From an uncultured bacterium (GTDB taxonomy: Bacteria; Patescibacteriota; Minisyncoccia; Moranbacterales; GWC2-37-73), in contig CAINNK010000037.1 of assembly GCA_903851135.1 (NCBI GenBank), positions 1,320-65,319 of the forward strand: 64,000 nt of DNA. The letters run 5' to 3'. The position numbers and the translations under genes are program-made. A model generated the notes under the pieces. It did not search any database. It was not told where the DNA came from and saw nothing but the letters and a program-made list of their open reading frames with translations. The number at the start of each line of letters is the position of its first letter. Positions within the stretch are counted from its first letter, which is position 1. Shown here piece after piece: positions 55,168 through 61,272 of this stretch.

Positions 55168-55677
55168 CTACATCTTTTCGCCAAAATTTCTGTTTGAGTG
55201 ATAAGTTTGCTCCTCTTCCTCAACTGGCGTGACATGATATTTAACAATGGTTAGTTTTGAGCCGACATAAAGGTCACTATCATCAGTTTCCTCAACCATG
55301 TTTCTGAAGTTTTTTTCGTATTTTCGGCCTTTTGACTCAACCGTGAAAACGTCGAAATATTCAATTGACTCTTTCATGCCATAGTCACCTTTCACGTTCA
55401 AATTGATTTCTTTTTCGCCACTGCCCAAATCATCAATCACAATTTTCACTTTTTCGCTGTCAAAAATAGCTGTGACTTTTCCGTCACCTTTTCCATCGCT
55501 CAAAGAATTTTTCACCAACTGAACCAAATAGTTTCCAATTGCATAAAGCTTGCCAGGACTGGCTGGCGACTGCGACTTCTTGGAAATGTCTTTCCACCAA
55601 ACTCCAACGATGCTAGCAATGTTTCCCGCCTGCGACGCTTTGATTTCCAAACTCCTCTCAAAAATTTCTTCGGTCAT
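55168..55677 (-). CDS. Hypothetical protein, possibly a degenerate GHKL/anti-sigma-like ATPase fold
   Basis: QLVKNSL (N-box-like), IDDLG (DxG-like), DYGM...FDVFTVES. Confidence 0.6.
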   Translation of the reverse strand: MTEEIFERSLEIKASQAGNIASIVGVWWKDISKKSQSPASPGKLYAIGNYLVQLVKNSLSDGKGDGKVTAIFDSEKVKIVIDDLGSGEKEINLNVKGDYGMKESIEYFDVFTVESKGRKYEKNFRNMVEETDDSDLYVGSKLTIVKYHVTPVEEEEQTYHSNRNFGEKM

Positions 55678-55791
55678 GTTAATTATTGTTATTGTTATTG
55701 TTATTTATCAACCTTACATATTTTCATTATATCGCACTTTCAAGGTAAGCAAAACAACAGCAAAAGTAAAGAAAAATGGACCGTAAAATGC

Positions 55792-55820
55792 TTGACAGCT
55801 ACGCTGGAAAGGCATAAACT
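55792..55820 (+). promoter_or_regulatory. Sigma70 promoter
   Basis: TTGACA-N17-TAAACT upstream of the ORF at 55885. Confidence 0.6.
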
Positions 55821-55884
55821 ACTATGAAGTTTATTCAAGGTCAAAAGTCAGTCTATTTCAGAACATTTAAAACATAGGATAATT

Positions 55885-56142
55885 ATGAAAACTCTCAAGG
55901 GAACACTTTCAGACACAAAGACTTTAAGGGAAAATCTCAAGAAGATAAGGGATTATGCAATCGGTGGTGGTGATGGATATGAGATAGGAATTCTGCTTTC
56001 ACTCATCCTCAAAGACGATACTGAAGATGTCTGCCTTTTGGCAAAAGGATATGTCTACAAAAAAAACAAACAACCAACCAATGAACCAGGGCAATCAGAA
56101 GCCCAAAAGCTCATTGAAAAACTTTCAGCAATGCTGGAATAA
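55885..56142 (+). CDS. Hypothetical protein (85 aa)
   Basis: ATG-started ORF with its own promoter and AGGA upstream; no recognisable motif. Confidence 0.6.
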   Translation: MKTLKGTLSDTKTLRENLKKIRDYAIGGGDGYEIGILLSLILKDDTEDVCLLAKGYVYKKNKQPTNEPGQSEAQKLIEKLSAMLE

Positions 56143-56211
56143 AAACTTCAAGACATTACGTTTAGCATCAGGACTATGGCAACATTGCCATGTTACAGTC
56201 CTGATGCTTTT

Positions 56212-56580
56212 TTATTTCTTTCCCAGTTTCTCATTTGTCATATACTTATCATCCGAAGACCAAACAAGATAAAGTCTTTTTGCAAATCCACCTTTTTTTT
56301 CAAAATTTTTCTTTTGTTGATCGATGACTTGTTTTTGGGTGATTTTCTTGAACTTCAAAATTTCATCAATCACATCCAGCACGTCGGCAATCTCTTCAAC
56401 GATTTCTTTCTTGCCTTTTGATTTCAAAAAGAGTTCGCCACTTTCTTCCCCAGCCTTTTTCAAAAGCTCTTTCAAAAACTCAACTTTCGAAAGTCTGCGG
56501 GTTTCAAGCTCACTTCCCCGGTTGCTTATCTTTTCCGGAATCTTGTCCCGAATGAGTTTTCGATAATAGACTCTTTTCAT
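56212..56580 (-). CDS. PRA-PH/MazG-like all-alpha nucleotide pyrophosphohydrolase
   Basis: YRKLIRDKIPE, EESGEL, EEIADVLDV, KKGGFAKRLYL. Confidence 0.85.
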   Translation of the reverse strand: MKRVYYRKLIRDKIPEKISNRGSELETRRLSKVEFLKELLKKAGEESGELFLKSKGKKEIVEEIADVLDVIDEILKFKKITQKQVIDQQKKNFEKKGGFAKRLYLVWSSDDKYMTNEKLGKK

Positions 56581-56601
56581 AAAATTTTATATAAACTCAA
56601 G

Positions 56602-57741
56602 CTAATCCCTATCAAATTTCATTAAACTTTTCTTATATATCTCAAACACTTCTGGAATTGTGTCTACATTTATCCATTCATTTGAAGCATGGACGTTGTC
56701 ACTTTCAACTCCAAAAGCATTTATAATTGGAATATTAAGTTTTGAAATAACATTTCCAACACTTCCCTGTCCGCTAGCAACAAGTGGAATTTGTTTTTCC
56801 AAAATTTCACTTGCAGTGTTTTGAAGAATTTTAACAAAAGAATTATTTTCATCAGTCAAAAATGCTTGTTCGCTTTGCAAAATATCCAATTCGTATTTAA
56901 TTCCTAACTCATTTATTTTTTTCTTTATTTCTGTAATAATATTTTCTTCTTTTTGAGTCGGCAACAAGCGAATATCTAAATCAATCTCACACTTGTCAGG
57001 AATTATATTAATAGCTGTCCCTCCATTAATTTGTGAAATATTAAGTGAAGAACCAAATTCAAAAAAACGTTCAGTCTTCTCTCCCAAATCCAGTGCGGCC
57101 AATAAATTTATAACCTTTCCCATTGAGTGAATAGCATTTATTCCTTTTTTACTCCTACTCCCAGTGTGTGCAGCCTTTCCCAATGTCGTAATTTTTATTC
57201 TCAACCACCCACGAGCTCCAATTGAAATTTCATCCGTTCCCTGATAGCCAAGCAAACAAATATCATGATTTAGTGGTGCATATTTCATAACCTCTCTTAT
57301 GCCAGTAAATTTTCCAGATTGTTCATCAGCGTCAAACCCTAAAAAGATTGAGGAACTGAAATTTTTATCTTCAGCGAGATATTTTGCAAGATAACAAAAT
57401 AAAGCGATTGCAACTTTTGAATCAGCCACCCCCCGCCCATACATTTTATTATTAACAATCTGCGCCTCAAACGGAGGATATTGCCATCTTGAAAGATCGC
57501 CAACTTGGACAGTATCTAAGCAACTTTCAAGCCAAATTGTTTTTGATGAGTTTTCTTTTTTAATACGGCAAATAACAGATGGGTGTTTTTCTCCCCCAAT
57601 CATATCCGGATTAAAACCAAATTCTTTTAGCTTAAGAAAAACTAAATCAGCAACCCTGCGTTCGCCATCAATTTGATTTTGCGACGGAATAGCCACCAAC
57701 TCTTGCGTGAATTTAATGATTTGTTCAGAAAAAGAATCCAT
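56602..57741 (-). CDS. M20 family metallopeptidase (ArgE/DapE-like)
   Basis: LDTV, MYGRGVADSK, DEQ, GKAAHTG, GGTAINIIPDKC, HASNEWI. Confidence 0.85.
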   Translation of the reverse strand: MDSFSEQIIKFTQELVAIPSQNQIDGERRVADLVFLKLKEFGFNPDMIGGEKHPSVICRIKKENSSKTIWLESCLDTVQVGDLSRWQYPPFEAQIVNNKMYGRGVADSKVAIALFCYLAKYLAEDKNFSSSIFLGFDADEQSGKFTGIREVMKYAPLNHDICLLGYQGTDEISIGARGWLRIKITTLGKAAHTGSRSKKGINAIHSMGKVINLLAALDLGEKTERFFEFGSSLNISQINGGTAINIIPDKCEIDLDIRLLPTQKEENIITEIKKKINELGIKYELDILQSEQAFLTDENNSFVKILQNTASEILEKQIPLVASGQGSVGNVISKLNIPIINAFGVESDNVHASNEWINVDTIPEVFEIYKKSLMKFDRD

Positions 57742-57773
57742 AAAATATTTTAATAAAAAAATAATGAGCTACT

Positions 57774-58265
57774 TTACCATTTTTCCTGATGGATTTTTTC
57801 GATTTTAAACTCCTCGTCACTATGCTCGGGTTTTTCTTCGGCAGGAAAACCAAGAGGAATGATATCAATCATGCGAAAATTTTGCGGCACGCCAAGGACT
57901 TCTTTGACCTTTTCTTCCCAAACTGGCGTCAGATTCTTCCAAACACTGCCAAGTCCAAGTTCAGCAGCTTGCAAGAAAATATTTTCCGAAACAATGGAAA
58001 GATCCTGCACTGGCAAAACCGATTGGTCACTAGCAACTGGCACTACCAGCACTGGCGCAGTTTTGATATAGTCTTGATCAATAACTGCAAAAATTGCCTC
58101 TTTGATTTTTTGATCCCTGATCACAATGAACTCAACCGCGCTTCTGCCCATCGCGCTTGGCGCAAATTGCGCCGCCTTGATAATCTCATTTATCATTTCA
58201 TCCGAAACAGGATCACTCTTATAAGTTCGAAAACTCCGACGTTTTTTGATTGACTCAATAATCAT
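57774..58265 (-). CDS. Nitroreductase family protein
   Basis: IKKRRSFRTY, AAQFAPSA, LQAAELGLGSVW, IPLGFPAE. Confidence 0.92.
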   Translation of the reverse strand: MIIESIKKRRSFRTYKSDPVSDEMINEIIKAAQFAPSAMGRSAVEFIVIRDQKIKEAIFAVIDQDYIKTAPVLVVPVASDQSVLPVQDLSIVSENIFLQAAELGLGSVWKNLTPVWEEKVKEVLGVPQNFRMIDIIPLGFPAEEKPEHSDEEFKIEKIHQEKW

Positions 58266-58322
58266 GTTTTTAGAATTAGTTATATGTTAAAAAAGTAATC
58301 TTAATTTTGCATTCCACATCTA

Positions 58323-58540
58323 TCCTCCGCACATTGCGAAGTGCGTAGGTAAAAGACGATTGATGAGCGTAAAAAATTTCTAGCGAGCTTTTTCAACAGA
58401 AAAAGTGCAGCGGGAATTTTTAGCGAAGAGTGAAGTCTTTACCACAGCAACGAGCACGTGTCGGGGAAGATTTTCACCCAAGGGGTGATCATCCCCTGGA
58501 TGACTTTTGTAACTTTTCTTTCCTAAAAAGAAAAGTTACC
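58323..58540. repeat. Large intergenic multi-hairpin element with GAGC/GCGA arms
   Basis: GGTAAAAGAC...GTCTTTACC encloses GAGC-GTAAAAAATTTC...GGGAATTTTTA-GCGA. It is followed by AGGGGTGATCATCCCCT and GTAACTTTTCTTT/AAAGAAAAGTTAC hairpins. Confidence 0.6.
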
Positions 58541-58586
58541 CCTTGAATTTCGATTAAATTATTGGCCAATACAGAAATATTAATTA

Positions 58587-59258
58587 TTAAAGAGTTTCAT
58601 ACACCAATTCCTCATTCCCGCTGAAACTCTTGATCACGTCAATCACTTTTCCGAAAACCTGAAAATCTTTTTTCATAATGATCGGACGATATTGCGGGTC
58701 GCGAGACATTGGTTGCAAAACCACGGCGTTGGGAGAAAAATTGATTTGTTTTATCAGCGCCATGCCATCAACCACTGCCACCACTTTGTCTTTGTTGACA
58801 ACCTCAAGGGTTTTTTCCGTGATCACCAAATCCCCCGTTCCAATCCCGGCATCAGACATTGAATCACCAACCGCCCTGAAAACAAAAACCTGCTCAGGAT
58901 TTTTGCCGTGAATAAAATCTCGATCGAGGGTGACAAATTCAGCAAAAGATTGCTCGGCAAAAACTTGCATGTTATCACAACCAGCACTGCTGAGCACTGG
59001 CAAAATCACGGTTTGAGTCATCACATCATTATGAGTTGCCAAACGAATGCCGCGATTTTGGTGACGAGAGCGAATGATGAGATTTTTCTTTTCCAGACTT
59101 TCCAAGTATTGCGTCACAGTTCGCAATGACGAAACTCCCATAAACTTTGCCAGCTCCAAAATCGTGGGAGAAGACCCATCTTTTTCAAGGCAATCACAAA
59201 TATATTCAAAAATCTTTTTTTGTTTTTGAGTAAGTTTTTTTGTTTTTTCTTTTAGCAT
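58587..59258 (-). CDS. lexA: LexA repressor
   Basis: wHTH LTQKQKKIFEYI...SPTILELA...LESLEKKNLI...RGI; Ala-Gly in SSAGC; catalytic GDSM and ALIK. Probable ATG at 59258. Confidence 0.88.
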   Translation of the reverse strand: MLKEKTKKLTQKQKKIFEYICDCLEKDGSSPTILELAKFMGVSSLRTVTQYLESLEKKNLIIRSRHQNRGIRLATHNDVMTQTVILPVLSSAGCDNMQVFAEQSFAEFVTLDRDFIHGKNPEQVFVFRAVGDSMSDAGIGTGDLVITEKTLEVVNKDKVVAVVDGMALIKQINFSPNAVVLQPMSRDPQYRPIIMKKDFQVFGKVIDVIKSFSGNEELVYETL

Positions 59259-59264
59259 TCTGAC

Positions 59265-59320
59265 ATTATACAACTTTTGGATTTGTGTAACAATAGTACA
59301 CTTGTGCACACAATATACAC
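59265..59320 (-). promoter_or_regulatory. lexA promoter with two candidate LexA operators
   Basis: TTGTTA-N17-TATAAT on the minus strand; GTGTA-N7-TACAC (59285-59301) and GTGCA-N7-TACAC (59304-59320). Confidence 0.65.
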
Positions 59321-59564
59321 AACTGTGCAGAACCCTGTGCATAATCTTAAAATGGCTTTTCTTAGCCAGATAAGCTGCTTATATTTCGCGCTTCCGTGCA
59401 ACACAAATGTGCAGCATCTTTACGTTGTGCATAACTTTCAATACACAACACACACAAATTTAAATTTGATTTGCAACTAGTTTATGATTTAAAAACATTT
59501 TAAAGGCTTCTATTGATATTTTTATCAATATCTGTTAATCTAAATCTTGTAAATAAGTGTACAC

Positions 59565-59646
59565 GGAGAAGTGACTGAGAGGGTTGAATGTAAGCGGGCA
59601 AACATTCAACGGGTTTCAAAAGAAACCCTGGCGGCCCGAAGTCCAC
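59565..59646 (+). ncRNA. tRNA-5'-end-duplicating structured element A (before tRNA-Ser GCT)
   Basis: Exact 18-nt copy of tRNA nt 1-18, then a 9-bp hairpin, a GGGTTTC-AAAA-GAAACCC hairpin and a closing CCCGAAGTC. RNA status is inferred from structure only. Confidence 0.5.
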
Positions 59647-59677
59647 AGTTTTTTGAATTTACGAAGTAAATAGATAT

Positions 59678-59767
59678 GGAGAAGTGACTGAGAGGCCGAA
59701 AGTACCTCACTGCTAACGAGGCAGGGCTTAATCGCCCTCGAGGGTTCGAATCCCTCCTTCTCCTCCA
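59678..59767 (+). tRNA. tRNA-Ser (GCT)
   Basis: GGAGAAG/CTTCTCC-T-CCA; anticodon loop CT-GCT-AA; long variable arm AGGGC-TTAATC-GCCCT; T-loop TTCGAAT. Confidence 0.92.
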
Positions 59768-59828
59768 AAAAACAAGGTCTCTATCTCAAGACCATTTGGT
59801 TTTTTGTGTTTTTAAAAAAAATAATTAA

Positions 59829-59908
59829 GAAAGCATGGCCGAGTGGGTATGGTGCGAATGTGTGAGCATTATGCGGATTTCAAAAGAAACCCAGGAACCC
59901 GAGGTCAT
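59829..59908 (+). ncRNA. tRNA-5'-end-duplicating structured element B (before tRNA-Ser TGA)
   Basis: 17/18-nt copy of tRNA nt 1-18, the same two hairpins as element A, and a closing CCCGAGGTCAT. Confidence 0.5.
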
Positions 59909-59940
59909 TCAAATTTTTGCATTTTTGAAAAAAATATTAA

Positions 59941-60025
59941 GGAAGCATGGCCGAGTGGTTGAAGGCAACAGTCTTGAAAACTGTCATGGGGAGACCCATC
60001 GTGAGTTCGAATCTCACTGCTTCCT
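59941..60025 (+). tRNA. tRNA-Ser (TGA)
   Basis: GGAAGCA/TGCTTCC-T; ACAGT-CTTGAAA-ACTGT; variable arm ATGGG-GAGA-CCCAT; GTGAG-TTCGAAT-CTCAC. Confidence 0.95.
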
Positions 60026-60044
60026 CATTAACATAAAAGCAAAA

Positions 60045-60143
60045 GAGATTCAAAGGGCGCAAGTAGAATGCAAGAAGTACAAGCATTCTGCGTGTAGGGC
60101 CCAAACTGCGAGTCAGAGCAAGTAGGAATCTCACCACTTCCTC
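60045..60143 (+). repeat. tRNA-3'-end-duplicating structured element C (after tRNA-Ser TGA)
   Basis: Terminal stem GAGATTC...GAATCTC; ends GAATCTCACCACTTCCTC versus tRNA GAATCTCACTGCTTCCTC; inner GTAGAATGC/GCATTCTGC hairpin. Confidence 0.55.
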
Positions 60144-60254
60144 CTTGTAAGACAGTAGCTAACACCCTATGGTGTTTTTTTATTTGTCTAAAAAATTTTG
60201 AGCAACTGAGGGTCTGTGTTAAAATCAACTTAAACAAGAGTAACAAAAAAACAT

Positions 60255-60845
60255 ATGCCAGTTGACCTACGACAATTTATCAACAAACCAAAGCAAAAAG
60301 AAAGACGAATTCCGCAATATTCGCAACCAGAGCCTCCAGAAAAGAAATCACCGAAAGAAAATGAAGAAAGCGAAGGAAAATATGGCGAAATCCTGCACCA
60401 ATGGCAGGCGCCCGAGTTTGAGGTTTATGAAAAATCTGACCGCTGGTACCTTTTTGCCGGCGTTTTCCTTTTGGCGATCATCATCTATGCGATGTTTACA
60501 AACGGACCAATTATGGCAATCACCTTCATCTTGGTCGGAATCGTCGGCTACATCCATATGCAAAAAGAGCCGCGCATTGTAACATTCACCATCACCACCG
60601 AAGGAATCATAGCTGACAAGGATATGTATCTATATGAAAATATTCATTCCTTTTGGATTTTTTATGAACCGCATCACACTGAAATTATCAGCCTGCACAC
60701 CAAAGCCTCCATGCTTCCATACGTTCATATTCCCTTGCAAGATGAAGACCCGGTGCATATTCGTGAAATAATATTGCCATACATTCCCGAAATCAAACAA
60801 GAGCAAAGCCTGGTCGACACAGTTGAGAAGGTTTTGCATATCTAG
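60255..60845 (+). CDS. Hypothetical membrane protein (2 TM plus PH-like domain)
   Basis: WQAPEF...RWY, two TM helices, then FTITTEGI...IHSFWIFYEP. Confidence 0.8.
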   Translation: MPVDLRQFINKPKQKERRIPQYSQPEPPEKKSPKENEESEGKYGEILHQWQAPEFEVYEKSDRWYLFAGVFLLAIIIYAMFTNGPIMAITFILVGIVGYIHMQKEPRIVTFTITTEGIIADKDMYLYENIHSFWIFYEPHHTEIISLHTKASMLPYVHIPLQDEDPVHIREIILPYIPEIKQEQSLVDTVEKVLHI

Positions 60846-60985
60846 AATAATTGGTAACTAGTAATCAGAAATCTAGTCTTTCTCAGCTACAACAAATAGA
60901 ACGTTTATACAATTAGAACGTTGCCAAGGCTTTACATTTTCCACCTATCATATATACTAAGTTTTGAGTTGAAAAATAGAAAAAT

Positions 60986-61058
60986 GTCCTTGTAGCTCAG
61001 TGGATAGAGCGTCTGGTTGCGGTCCAGAAGGTCGCAGGTTCGATTCCTGCCAAGGACA
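60986..61058 (+). tRNA. tRNA-Arg (GCG)
   Basis: GTCCTTG/CAAGGAC-A; D-loop AGTGGATA (A20); TCTGG-TTGCGGT-CCAGA; GCAGG-TTCGATT-CCTGC. Promoter TTTACA-N16-TATACT at 60931-60958. Confidence 0.93.
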
Positions 61059-61073
61059 CACTTTGTGTGTTTT

Positions 61074-61213
61074 TTGGCAGGAATCAAACAGGAAAGGGGT
61101 CCCGCCCAAGGCGGACAGGCGGGAAAAACTAGGTTTTCCCGTGGCGGAAGCATTAAAACCACTGGGTTTCAAAAAGCATAGCGCATGAGATCTTCCTGCC
61201 AAGGACACACTTT
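61074..61213 (+). repeat. tRNA-3'-end-duplicating structured element D (after tRNA-Arg)
   Basis: 21-bp direct repeat TTCCTGCCAAGGACACACTTT (61044-61064 and 61193-61213); starts with TTGGCAGGAATCAAAC, antisense to the T arm. Confidence 0.65.
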
Positions 61214-61250
61214 AAAAAAAAACACCACCGATTTTCGGTGGTGTTTTTTG
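61214..61250 (+). terminator. Intrinsic terminator
   Basis: AAAACACCACCGA-ttt-TCGGTGGTGTTTTTT. Confidence 0.8.
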
Positions 61251-61272
61251 TTTTAACTTGTATAATTAACAT

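Noticed and set aside
59320-59560. Replication origin at the minus-to-plus switch in gene orientation, with DnaA-like boxes
   Set aside because: Only two or three boxes, no dnaA/dnaN nearby, and by eye the + strand stays C-rich through recG, so no skew inversion is evident. A cumulative GC-skew plot would settle it.
59565-59960. CRISPR array
   Set aside because: The repeats are tRNA-derived pairs that differ between units, the intervening sequences resemble each other, and there are no cas genes.
59565-60143. Split, permuted or intron-containing tRNA genes
   Set aside because: Both tRNA-Ser genes are already complete. The extra fragments lack anticodon arms, the outer 5' and 3' copies pair poorly (GAAAGCA versus CACTTCC), and no group I/II intron core is visible.
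59835-61208. Short ORFs over the tRNA regions (59835..60125, 59937..60137, 60932..61162, 60957..61208, 61000..61188)
   Set aside because: They overlap clear tRNA genes and hairpin elements and have no protein-like features.
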